From contig NW_026852806.1 of NCBI RefSeq assembly GCF_026571515.1, positions 62,001 to 126,000 on the forward strand: a stretch of DNA of 64,000 bases. The letters are read 5' to 3'. Origin of the DNA: Ruditapes philippinarum (taxonomy: Eukaryota). Shown in pieces: positions 40,701 through 54,909 of the stretch (the first letter of the stretch is position 1; each line of letters starts with the position of its first letter). The notes beneath the pieces are model-generated. The model made no database searches. It was given only the letters and a program-made list of their open reading frames with translations, and had not been told where the DNA came from. A program made the position numbers and the translations under genes.

Positions 40701-43700
40701 TTTAGGCAATTTAATTTATTTCTAATAGTGAGAACAATGACAATATCGCTGATTTTTAAGATGACTCTTCATGTGCAATCTTATAATGGTAAGTTCCAGC
40801 TAGAAAAGTTAGGTAAGCCTCGTAAATCTTATCAAGCATTAGTTTATATGAAGTATCTCCTGAAAGAGTATTTTGATTAAAACATTTGCCCGACATTTGA
40901 ATCAATAACAAAGGTTCTTGGAGCAGTACCATATCTTAATTATGTTTTGTAATAATTATCTTACCTTATTGATGCAGGTAGTATATTTTCAACAAACTTT
41001 AAGACTTGAAAGGCTGTTGAAATTCGGCTTCCTTTTGACATCGTAAATACAGCAACACCATAGGAATTGATTGGAAAATATTGTGTAAATATCTCCAGAA
41101 CGTTCACGTTTCCGATTTGAATTTCGTATCTTTTACCTACACTCGATCTTTGGTTGTTTATAAGACTATAAACTGCATCATCAGATGTTTCTGATGAAAT
41201 AAGTTCAAAAGTCCAACTTGTTACTAACTTTGACTCATCAGCATAATTTAAGACACCAACCGTATCACATGAATCGGAAGCATTCACATAAACAATTTCC
41301 CCGTGCGACACGTATAAAAAGTCACCGCCTGGTATAAATGTGTATATTTCTGGCAAGGTAACCTCCATCACAATAAAATCATTGAACCACGATCCATCTA
41401 AAACTACTTCTAGAATGACAACATAAATCCCTGGTCTTAGTGTGCCACTAGGTAGTACTAAGTTTCTCGATTTTGGTTGAATGAAGTCCGTAAATGGCAT
41501 AAGTGTATTTCCAGAGACTTGAACAAACCGCCAATGATACTCGGCACCTACACATGTTCTGTTGATATCATCATAGCTATTGATCTGAAATGACGAAAAA
41601 ACATCAGATTAATAATCATTGAAAAAGAATAAGCTGGGAATTAAATATGTCAAATGACTAAATTAAGAACAATCTGGAGCTTCGGTTACTTCTGCTTGAC
41701 CTTTGCGTGAGACGTTTTACTGAAAACATTAAATTATTGATATAATTAAATATCTGAAAGAAGATTATGTAACCTCACACATAAATGGAAACTAGTTCCA
41801 CATAAAAATGTCATTGATAGTCAAAAAGGCATATAAAAGGAAGAAAAGTTATATACTTCAACTGTTTTGTCAGCTAAAACACGTTTTGGTTTTGTAAAAT
41901 CGTTGTACAAGTCATCCAAGAAATTGTCTGAATCCATGCAGCATTTCTTTTCTGGACAACGAGTGATTGTTCCGTACCCGTCTTTACATTCGGTCTGAAT
42001 TTCATATACCCCATACTTAAAATAATATAAAAGTTGATGTCATTGTAATATAAACAATTCACTTACATACATGTTAATAATTAATATTTGTTAAAATTAT
42101 TTCAGAACAGAAAATCAACTTTTTCAGGGAGTTTTGAATAAATATAAACATGTTTGTATGCGTTGAATAAAAGAAATGGTTTGTTTTTGTATACTAAGCT
42201 AGATACACGCAATTGTTAATTTTATAAAAAAATAAAATAAAAGTTAGACACTTATTGGCCTATATGTGACCTACGCTTACAATGTTATAATACAAAATTA
42301 TCTTAAAACATGACTGAAAAAAATAGATGAACAGATGTATCAATACTCAAATTGTGATTCATAATCTGTCCTTAATTGTCAAATTTCCTAACTGAAAGTC
42401 GTACTAAAATACCGTTGTAATGTAAGGAAGTCAAAAAGTTATTTTAGCAGAAACAGAGCATGGTAAAGCTTTATACTCCTGTCACTAACATGTAGCACTC
42501 GTTGAGTAAAAAGTAACTTACATTTAAATACGTGTGGTTCAGTTGTTCAACTTCATACGAAACGTTCAAGTTGGTTTTGCTTCCATCACCCCAAAGTATT
42601 GAGCAGGATAAAGTTTGTGAATTACAGTTAGTTACTAGCATGTCTACGGTCACAGATACACTTTGGGGTGTGTCCAAACTTTTTATATCAACTGCATGTA
42701 CATACTTTGTGCAAGCATATCCTTAAACAATAAGAAAACTACTTGCAAATGATATGTAAACTGTAAACAAGAAAGTTATACCAACAAAAGCGAGTGGTGT
42801 GATCAGCTAATTTTACGTAATATGTAAATTTTTTCAAAATTATTTGACAGGTTTCAATACAGTGCATAGACAATTATTATGATATAAATATAATCTTGGA
42901 CAAACATTAAAAATAATTAAAATGTTTGCCACATTGTGCAATGGAAATTGAGGTTCGAAAGGTACTTTACATAAAATGGTGTCGTAACATTAGAACTTCA
43001 CTATTTATTAAAATCAAGTTTTATGTATCAAGGTAGTGTAAATTAGCAAGCATTTACACAATAAATTTGGTCAATAGCGTTTTGTATATGTATGATAAGA
43101 TATTAAACAACTACTGTGTCATACGTCTTTGTTTTGGGCTTTTTTAAGCCGATTCACTACAGTTAATGTGTAATGATTCATTTGAAATACTGCAATCTTA
43201 TTGCGCCGCTCTTTACCAATTTAGTTTTGTAAATACATTCTTATGAACACTAACCTAAAATGGATATGTTCTTAATAAATGTGAATAATAATTTAAATTT
43301 TACTTACTTGAGTTGATTATAGAAAAAGTTACTATATCAAATTCACTTGTCCCAAGAATTACAAGACTTTCAGCATTATTGACATCTACAATTTCAACAT
43401 TATTTATTGAATCTTAAACCAAAGCATAGAAAAGTTTCGATCTAAAACGAAAAATGATATCTTTTGAAATATTTGTTATCAAGTTATGCTGGTATGTTAA
43501 TAGCTCTTTCCAAGCAGAAGAGAGTATGAATCGTTTAAAAATATCATGAACACTGTTTATTGTATATACATTATTGATACCGACAAGTAAAGACGTACAA
43601 TCAAAATTCTTAGTGTATGGCGTAGTGTGAAAATCAGTTTTAGCGAACTGTGTAACAATTTCATTAGCATTTAATTTTAAGGAGTATATTTTTTTAAACT

Positions 43701-46700
43701 TAGATGAATTATGCTTTATATAAAGTTTTGTTTCAAATATGTTAATTAAATGAATATATTTACCTATATGTGGTTGATATAGAAGTTAGCATGTCTGAAA
43801 CGAGTCCCATTCCGAGGAATGGGACGGAGGCTAACCTTAAATGTTTCCTCTGTGAAATTCCACAGATGATATGGTTTTATTTTTGTTGTTTTTATTGTTT
43901 TCTAGGGGCGGTTAAATATAAAGAAGTGTTTTAAGCAGGGGGGCAGTAATCCTGACATAAAATGTAAGATCAAACCTTTCTGAACTTTTTTTCTTTCAGC
44001 TTTACCATATTTTTGAAATGTCTGACCATTTTTAGTTTTGATAGTGATATGATTTAAACATTTTTTTATGTAAATATTATTGAATGGAAATCTCGTAATA
44101 AAATAATCTCGCTACAATCTGCAACGTTGTTGTTTGTTTTTTACCAGTTGTTATTTCATTTAATATCTTGATAAGGAATCTATGCATTACGTATTTTCGC
44201 TCCGCAAGTCTCCAGGCGAAAATACAATAACATGATAAAAATCAGCCAGTGTAGCAACAAATAGCTTACTTGTCAAGTACATGCATCAATAAAACACGAA
44301 TTAGTTATTCTCGTGATGACAGTTACTTTACTATTATAATAACAAATTATATCTAGCGAAGTAATAATTAAATATTCATTTAATTCAAGTTCGTTGAAAC
44401 ATATTGCATCGTAAATGAAAATAATTTTATAGATATTGCTACTAATGTGTTTCTATATTGATTAGAGGATCTGGTATTTATTACATATTTATAAATGAAA
44501 TAGTGAGAATGATTAATGGAATAAAATGCGTACTTTCATTTTCATCACAGTAAAAAATATTTAATTTTTTACTTCAGTGAAACATATTTTCATCATCAGA
44601 AATACTTCAGAAACATGCCCCACATCTTTAAAAAAAAACACATTTTTTATTAAATATCGAGTATCGTATGTTTATAATCATTACGAATGATATTTTCACT
44701 TATATGATTTGATAACAGAATCGAGAAAAAATGGAATCCTTAAAGAATGCCCAAACCGACATTATTGAAAATGTTGCAGACTCGATTTAATATTGCCTAT
44801 TTATGAACGGTAGTGGTAAAACATTGTCACATGTATATCATTTGTTTATCCTATTTACCTGTCTCAGTCAAATCAAACCTTTCATCAGTAGATCTGTGTT
44901 CCCTTTCATGTTTACTTGAACCTTAAACGAAAGGAATCGGAACAGGGATTTAAAAAATCATTTATACTTCGGAAGATCCTTGTAGATATTTTTAAAATAT
45001 TTACAAAAGATGCAGCCATGAAAAAAGCAAAATAAAAAGCTGATATAAAACTAATACCTAAAAGATTGAAATAAAGTTAGACGAAGATAACATAATGACA
45101 GATCTAAACTGAAACACATAGTATTTTAGGAATGACTCAAGAAATGGCAGCCATAATACGTGCTATGTGAAAAAGTATTTTCAGGGGATTGTTTAATTTC
45201 ATTGATTTTGGTTATGCTCAAATCATCTACAAATGTACAGTAAGACCTAGCATTGCCAGCGGTAGACGTTTTGAGAAAAATGAATTACAAGAAATGAAAT
45301 ACTTTTCTTTTTAAGAGACTATTTACCTTCTATAGCAAGAACTTTGAAGGGTCTTTCTCCTGTAAATAAAGGAAATAGGTCAAGTATATTATTGTTTAAA
45401 TATAAAAAATAAACAATTATAAAAGCAATTAGTTATTTGAAAATAATCAAGCAAAATGTAATTGAACTTTCTTCAAAGACATGATGAACTGCTTTGTTTT
45501 TACTTGTGGAATTTTAAAATTACAAATACATCGTAAATTTGTATAATGAATAAAAAAAATCTAAACGAAGCAGTTACACAACTTATCGCGGGTCATGTAT
45601 TTTATCATTACAATTATTAAGATAGTAGGACACATTATTTAAGTTTATAAATGACTCATTAATTGTTCATTTTATTATCAAGAATTCAAGACAGAAATTA
45701 ACTTTGCTAATAAATGACTTTTAAAACGCATTACCTAAACTACAGTTCTTGCCAGTCCATCCTGGCTTGCAAACACAAGTATAATCGTTTATTTTATCAA
45801 TACACTGAACAGAATTCATGCACTGTCCAATACAGTCGTTTATATCTGAATAAATAAAACATGTAAACATTGTATAGGCAATAAACAGTAAAATAAAATT
45901 TTGTTAGAGGTTTCCAATGTGCAGTGTTAGAGAGACGATGTTTGAGGACTTGGACATTAACATTTACATAAACACTACCTTCCATAATTAATCTAGTACA
46001 TAAATCTGAACTGATAAATGCGCTGTTAACTGTCTTGAAAGGGTTGATGCACGAAAGATCTTTTGAAATAAGGTTCAATCAAACCGAAACGATTATTTGT
46101 TTGCTTTGGGTGTGCATAGTACTTCATATAACCAAAACCTTTGAAAGTCGGATGTAATCATATAAAGCGTCTGTGTTAGTGAACATTGTCTGTATGGTGA
46201 GCAACCAAAAATAATAATGGCGTCCCTAGCGAGCGTAAACGGTAGAATTCTAAACAATACATTTTTAAGAAAAACATGTAATATTTCTGCCTTGTCAAAT
46301 AATGCATACGATACTACAGCACATTAAGAATGAAATGTATGGTTGCACTCTCAAAGAATTCATGGGACTGTAACAGACCTTTGAATTCGTTTGTTATAGT
46401 CTTGGATGGGCGATTTGTTTCACTGTGATAATTTGGTTTACAAAGGTTTGTCACAGGCCAGCATTAAACTGCCCAGCTATTGAAAATGATTTATGCGGAG
46501 AACATTTACTTGTATACAAACGGATACGAGCAAAAATCAAATCCGATTACAATTGAAAACCTGCCATAGTGTGACTGAAACATTGCATAAACATGGGGTT
46601 TAACTTTACAAAGTAAGAAAATTTAAAAAAAATTACTTTTATGACAATAGTAACCATTCCAGCCGTCTTTGCATGAACACTTAAAAGACTGGGGACGATT

Positions 46701-49700
46701 GGTACATTCTCCACCATGTTTACACGGGCTACTGGCACAGTAATCTTTTTCTGCAAAAAAGAATTGAAGCCATAAAATACCCAGATTTTTGAAACCTGGG
46801 AATTTTATTGTGTATCACGAAGATTCAATCAGTATATATACTAATGTAACGGTCGTAGTATTCTTCCGGAAATTATTTGTGTTTTCGTTGAATTCGACTG
46901 GACATTAATGAAATAAACAAGTTTTACTTTTTTCATCTTTGGTAGTGGGTAGACAGCAGGACGAATTTTGTCTAATTTTTAAAGGGGTATCAAAACGTTT
47001 TAAGACTTCAGTCATACGACCATATCATAATGGAATATCGAGAAGAATATTGCATCACCGGCTTCATCTATCTTTATGAGACTAGTACGAGGGGTATTCC
47101 AAAATTAATGTTACTTGGGTTCTTTCTCGTGGAATTCGTGCAATGTCCATCAAAATAATAAGAACAATAATGTAAAGAAATGACTATGTAAAAGGCATAA
47201 ACATTGAACAATTATTCTTATAAAATAGACATACTTGTTTAAAATCGTTCCTACCTCGTTAGAACGGTTGTTAAAATATACTCTATATTTTCTCTCTTAC
47301 AGCACTGAGCGTGATGTTTGAGGACTTAATCTTTGGTCTTCATTTCGTTCATTAAAATGTTTTTTTTTAGAATAAAGCTAAAATCTATGCATTGTAAATG
47401 GAAAATCATAGAGGATATTTGTTTGTTTGTGTGTAAGATGAAATTTTATTTCTTCGATTGAGCTTTAAAAACAGTATTCTCACGAGTAGCGTCGCCACGA
47501 GTGAGAATACTGTTTTTAAAGTTCACGAGTACAATATGGGGAAAATCTAAAAAAGTAGTTTCGTCATTGAAAAGTGTGAAATTATATTTTGATAATTTTC
47601 ACGGAAAAATCAGTAATCCACTGAGAAGCATAAAATAAATACCTATATTCCATACTTTGGTTATAAAAGTTTGGTTAAAATGAGGTAAATTTATAGTTTC
47701 AGTCTGGCACTGAGTGTCACATTCAGTTGTTTCCTTGCACAGGGTTGAACATTCAGGATATTTGGCAGGATACCAGATCCCGACACCGTCTTGAGTGTAG
47801 CCAGAAACCATACCACCAAAATGGCAAGGCGCTTGCATTACCATGTGTTCATACCATTGTAAGGTACCAGTAACTGTTGTCCGTAAGTCCGTATTCTGTG
47901 TGTCATATGATTGCACCTTCAATATAAATTAAAGATGTAGTTAAGTCTATCTTTCCCTTGGAAGTATTTGGCATACTTGTCGTGGTACTCTATCTTTTAG
48001 CGCATATCGCTTTCAACAGACTAAGCTGCAAACCAAAACTTGTCAAAATTGATGCTTACAAATTAGTGTCATATACGACATGTTACAATTTGAACCAGAA
48101 TTGTTCGAGCTTTTGTAAATCCATTTACCAATAGAAATAAATTTATCAATTAACTATGAAATATTGAATATTTTATTTCTCTTTTTTGTTCCGTCTGGCA
48201 TAAACATAATAAAATATTATCTTTTAAAAGTAAAGTATGGCCGAATCAGTAACAAAAAAGTAGGATAAAATGGACATAAAATGTTCAGAAGAAGAACTGA
48301 CATGACATGAATTTAAAATGATCAACAACATAATATATGATACTTGCAAATTGTTAATAGGACAAAGATTGATATAGAGAAGACATATACATTATACAGT
48401 TTAAAACAGCTTCATTGCCCTAAGGGCTCAATACAAGTGAAAGTGACCTGTTAATACACATGCATGCTTATTTAAGTAATTTATCTTCAACTTATCAATT
48501 TTTATTTCAAATGGTTTAAATTACTTACGAACGTTCTAACTAAGACACTGTCCAAGTCACTAGTTATAAATGGAACGTGATGATCTGGTTGCAATGCTCG
48601 GCTTTTTGTTTCGTCAGATTGTACCAAGATATCAACCAAATTAACTGAATTGCCATGATCATTGATGATATCAGAAATCAGCATGTTTCTGTCAAAATAT
48701 GTCCATACTTTATTTCCAGCCATTTCTAATTCGTGAAGTGTAACTGAACTGTGCAGAACGTCTTTCAAATACATCGATGAGTTCAATAAATCTCCTAGAT
48801 AGACATTTGTACCTATCAGATCTAGAATTTGAACGTCCAAGTCAGTACCGTCCTCAATGATGATATTAGCAAATGTAATTGTATCACCCAACAATATTTC
48901 AACTTTAGTTTTAAGCATATAACAAAGAGAGGAGGACTCTGCAAAGGTTTTGTTAAACTCAACTAAATCTGGAAAGACAGATTTGGTTGATGCCAAGTCA
49001 AACATCTGTTCCAGCATTCCATTAATATCAGAAAAACACTTAAATGTTTCATTCATCAAGTTGCTGACAGTAAAAGTTTCATTAACTATTTTTCTCAAAG
49101 TTTTATTGTCAATGTCTAAGTTTGCAGCCGATTCTCTCATTTGAGGAAACATATTTTGAATTGTATCTAGCTTGTTGGCTATGTCCTCAAGATATTCCAG
49201 TAGTTGAGTTGTTTCATTAAATTGATTGCCGTCGTTAAGAAAAATAATTTTCAAGTTGTGTCCGCTTTCAATTAATTCGTAAACAGAGTTATCAAATTTG
49301 TTTACACTGTCATTAACCGATCTACTCGATTTATATATTTCACGCAATGAGAAAAATATTGAATCATCATTAAAAATATTGTCCAGCTCCATTGACTCGT
49401 CAAATAGTGCAAAATATTCAGATGATTCTTTAACAGAAACGGTTTTATTTATAACTGTGTCAATTTTGATAGAATTATCTATAAATTCATTTAAGAAAAT
49501 TGTATCATTTAACGGAATTTCAGCTTTTAAAGTGGTATTAAGCACTTGAGCGATAGGCAAGTTATTATCAACGCCGTATCCTGTAGACAAACTTGTATCT
49601 AGTAAATTACCAAGAGTCACTGTTCCATCCAAAACAATTCTGATTGATTCTGACATTTCAATAAGCTGTTTAAGGGTAATACTGTCTTCAGATTTGATTA

Positions 49701-52700
49701 TGTCATTAATGTGGGTTGTATTTATAAATTCACCTACTGTCAATGATTCGTTTAAAAATCGACCAAGTGTCATTTCCTTGTGAATCAAATCACTTACAGG
49801 GATTGACTTGTTAATCACAACATCAAAAGCTTGAACAGTGCCATTCAATAATTCAATGAACTTTGTCTGATCATCCATTTTCATTCCTGGTACCGTTGAT
49901 ATTTTTATAGAATCATAATTGAAGAAACTTTTGTCCGTATATGCTTGCAAATCTGTAGAATTCCAGATAAACACCTCTAACAAACCGTCTGTGATAATTG
50001 TCTCTTCACTGTCTGTCCCATCACCAGCAACTAAAACTTCTAAAATGATTGAAAATTGTCATCAGAGCATGGCTTTCTCTTTTGTGTTTGACGTTATAAA
50101 AAGACCTACTAACGCTGTTTATAATCACAAATGAGTATTTGAAAGCAAGACGATTCTTCTTGGGGAAAAAAACCCAACAAAAGTATAGAATATAAATAGT
50201 TTCGAACTGTTATCCGTGCCTCAATTTAGAACAAACTAAGATATCTTACAAACACGATTATAAACAAAATTGGCACAAATAAACAAGTTCTTGCAAAGAT
50301 TCGAGAATAATGGCTTTAATGACGTAGGAATTACACTTGGCTTGTGTGAGTAAGTATAATAAGGTAAAATTAATCAAGGTGTGTGACAAACCAGGTGCTT
50401 TGCTAACATATACATTTTGCTTATCATATTCATAGGCAACATAACCAGTTTTCTCGGGTGAGTCGGCAAGCAACTGAATCGGAGAACCTGAAAAATATAT
50501 TATATCCGGGTTTTTTTTTCAACATTGATATAATTAAGTATTTTTATACAGTATGTATTTAGCATAACATAGCATACCATAGCTGCCTAAAATAGTTTGG
50601 TTTTGACAACGCAAATGCCAAAGTCTTACTTGCTTCTAATCAAAGTAGTAATAGGTCGAAAGAAATCACCTATTCCTTTTTTCACAGCAGCATAAAAACT
50701 AGTAAGTCAATGGTACTAAATGAATGTTATATGCAAAGTGGTATATTATGTTTAATAAACGCTGCAAGGATGCTTTCTGTTCGTTCCACGAACGCTGCAA
50801 ACAACCTACTACATACGCACATGAATGTTTTACAATATATGACCGCTACAAACATAAGGTCATAACTTATCAGAAACCTTACATGTTTAGCATATTATAT
50901 CTCTGTTTTACGTAATAAGAACGCTAAAATCATATGGCGTCAATATTAAGTAGGTTTTTATTAGATGAATATTACAACAAATGACAAACCTATAACGCTG
51001 TTTTTTATGAAAGCTAAAACCAATGCCATCAACATAGTGTTTACTATAAAGTTTTAACCGGCATTTTCTTGCGTTTAAAGGTTACAAATTGCATGATTTT
51101 ATTCGAATTTAATATATTTCATCATGCGGTGAAAACTATTTATGAGCATATTTCAACTGTCTTCAAAAGTTTTGTCACAAATTAAGCATGAGAATATAAC
51201 CTTCTAGTGAAAAAGGCCGTCCTGAAAAAGAAGACTGTAACTATCTATTAGGTTGTTATTTGATTGGCTTGTATTTTATAAATTCATATGATATGTTTGC
51301 TACATACCTATTGAATCTGAGTAACCATTCCGAAAAAAATTACAAATAGAGTTAATATATCTTGTCCTTGATATCACGAGATCGGGATACACTCCAAAAC
51401 CATGCTCGAATTCGATTGTTCTTTGCCCGTTACCCATAGTTGAAGTCTTTGTAACAGATGGTTGAGGCAAACTAGATGACTTCCAAGCCCGAACTCGGAT
51501 TTTCGTCATCAAGCCATCCGGCAACTCAGCTGTAATAAAAGGATTAAAGTCTGTTTTAAGGAAACGGCAGTATGTTATCCAAAAGGTAGTAAGCTTTTAA
51601 GAACTTTAATTTTATGATGAAAATATGACAAAAGACTTATTTTCTTAAATGTGATACTAAGACAAGTTACCCGTGAATTTGCATCTTCCGTAGTCCCTGT
51701 TTTTATTTCTAGCCATCGCTATAACCTTGACAACACGTTCGTTATAAATGTACATTACTCCGTTTTCACTATCTGGTTCGTATTTTCGACATTTACTTTC
51801 CCAACACTCAGATTTACTAATCTTGGACTCTGGTGCTCTTAAATCTCTATTTTGAATTATGTGTCCTAAAACATAAAATATGTACTAGACAGCATTGGTA
51901 CTTTATACCCATTGAAATAGGACATAAGTAAAGTAATTTTAAGATCATGTTCAAATATCTTTATTTATTCAGTTTGGTTTTAATTCCATTGGTTCTTTCA
52001 AGTTCAAACCGTTTCCTAAGTACAGTAACGGGTTAACTCCTATTATAAATCAATACGAGTTAACCCGTTACTGCAAAGTGACATTATGGCGGATTTCAAT
52101 CCTTTACGCTGGTGGAAAACCTCAAGTGCCAAACTATGCAAGCGGGTATCTAACTTGAACCGACTTCTGTAAGCCGGATAGCTTTATGAAAGCAGTCAAT
52201 GTCCCTTGTGGAATTCCTACCCATATATAAGGGAGACAATTCGTTGTACAAATGTATTTGACTTGTACAAATATAATATATTTGAAGCAAGGAGTTGAAT
52301 CTTATGCTATTGAAAAGTGTTTTGATATTTATTATTTAAACCAATATAATTAAATGTCAGACAACAAAATGGTAATAAAAATTAATCATGAGTGTCAAGT
52401 TATTGCCACGTTAGTAAAACAGTATACCGACGCCAAATGTTAGTCGTAATTATCAAAATATAATCCAACGACTTGCACATAATACACGTTTGATGTTTAA
52501 GTATACAATTAAGTCTCACAATGCCTAAAGTTACTTATACCCTTTGCCAGATTTTTCCTTAGATAATGTGGAATATATCAATGAAGCGAATTTCTTAAAA
52601 TAAAAAAGGAATAGGCTATCCACCTAGACACGTTAACTATCCATTAATATTTTAAAAGCTATTCTTATCGTACCTGATGCTTGGTAAATGGTGCCGTAAT

Positions 52701-54863
52701 CATTATCTTTGACCTGGACATCAACCAATAAAGGAGTTTCCTGAAGTCCATGCACCACGATCTTTACAGATTCTGTAGTATTCAACCCGGTCCACAGATC
52801 TATCCAACCTGAGTTGAAGTCCGGGGATTTCAACGTGCCACCTTTTGCAATGATAAAAATTTATGACCACTGAGCTATTGCCATGTTTATAAGACGGACA
52901 ACAACTCCATCTCATGTGTCGGGACAAAGGAAAATACAGGACAAGGGTTATCTTTGCACTTTCGTACTTTTTAATTTTCGCCCCGCCAAAACTGAGTTAC
53001 ATGTAAAGGTTAAGTACGAACGTGAAATGTGAAGAACTAACGTAATGTGTAAAGACGACAAATAATGACTTATAAATCTTCCTGTGTAGCCCTGCATGAA
53101 CTGTTCGTAACATGTTCGTAACATGTACATGTATCAAAGAAGATGGGGGTAAATAGTATACATATAGGAAAATGTACAGAACAGAAAATAATAATTGAAA
53201 CACAAAACTAAAAAACTTCACAACCTTTAAAAGATAGCTTCTTGCTAATGATTAAGAACGAATTGAATAAAATTATATTGCTGCCGTCATATCCAATGAA
53301 ACTTTCATGAAATGACGTTGAAGTCAAAATGACGTCGTGACCAGCGCGGCTTCCACTGTATAGTTCCAAATGTTTATTTTGTATCTCATAAAATGCATGA
53401 AATGGTTCATGTGGGAATTACGTACATTACTTTGAAATAGATATTTTTTTTTAAAGTGTGACGATTTGTTTTTATTTCAAACAATTATTATTCCAACTTT
53501 AGTAGGGACAAACCTCGTATAATTACAATTTGGAATTTACTCTTGTAAATGAAATAGAAAACGGTGTAAAACCCTATTTAAAATACAACAAACTCACTCA
53601 CTATCCCTCATGATCGGTTAAGATTTACGATAAATAATATTCTATTATTTATATAATGAAACATTTTATGGGTTACCAAAAAGCAAAAAGGGGAAATGTC
53701 TTACATGTCACGTGAAATAAACCAAAAAGTAGCAAACGCCTCAGCAATATCCTGAAATGGAAAATACCAAAAAAGCATATTATTTCCTACCTATCTCGTG
53801 TACTTAACCGTAATCTTTGTCTGTGTTAAAATAATTTCATTACACTACAAAACAAAAGAAAAAAATAATACTTTAACATGTTTGACACATGGCCAAGTGA
53901 AAGTGACTGTCATGACATGAAAAATTATCGTTCATCAATGCTAACCAAATACGAATGACTGCTAGATTTGAAAAAAATAATCTTATGACTCGCAATTATC
54001 GTCCAATTTAAACGTACGTTTAATTGTTTTTATTTAAGAATAAAATTATCATAAATAAGATCTCTAAAGTTTTGTGTTGCTTTTTAAATTAAGGGATTAA
54101 AGAAGATCAACTTCGATCTTGAATAAATACACGCTAGACATTAAGGAAAATACTAAGTGGCGGCGTGCCCGAGTGGTTAGGGCGTCGGACTACATGTAGT
54201 AATGTGAGGATTGATGGCCGCATGGGTTCAAACCCTGTCAGTCAAGAAACTTTACACTCATTTCAAGTACTGGTTGGTTCCAGGAACGGATTCGAGAGTG
54301 TTTCAGTATGATTATAGCTTCCAACACAATCGAAATGGGGGGGGGGGCTTAAGGGGATTAATGTTCATTAAAGAGATGGAAAAAAGAAGGAAAATACTTC
54401 ATAAAATCAATAGAAATTGAAACTTTAATAACATCAGATAAAATGTTTTTATTACATCATTCGAAATTTCAAAAACATCAGACGAAATTTCAGTAACATT
54501 AATCGATATTTTAGAAACATCGGCAGAAATGTTAGTAATATCAGCCGAAATTTTGGTTATATCCATTGAAATCTTAGTAACATTAACCGAAATTTAAATA
54601 TAAAAGAAAAACGAAATTGTTGTTATATCAAACGGAATCAGAGGAAAGTTTATTTGCATCAGTGGAAACATTAGTTGCATCAATGACATAAGTCGAAATT
54701 TTAGTTACATTCAAATAAAACTTGAGTAGCATTAATTTGAATTTCAGTAATATAAGTCGAAATCGTTATAAAAATGTTAACATTTACAAAAAAATTGTTA
54801 AAATGTAGTTATTTATTTACAGCCCATGCTCATATTGGCGAAAAATAGAAAAGATTATTTTAA

Positions 54864-54909
<46 letters not shown>

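Noticed and set aside
43413-43441. Alternative upstream acceptor for exon 13
   Set aside because: All three frames from that AG hit stop codons.
47086-47120. Second mariner-like TIR (tacgaggggtattcc)
   Set aside because: No partner TIR or transposase remnant could be identified.
48502-49983. 493-aa ORF as a standalone or foreign gene
   Set aside because: It has a non-ATG start and is bounded by canonical splice sites whose phases fit gene A.
54159-54240. Possible tRNA gene
   Set aside because: A and B boxes are present but no clean cloverleaf, and it continues into a SINE-type body.
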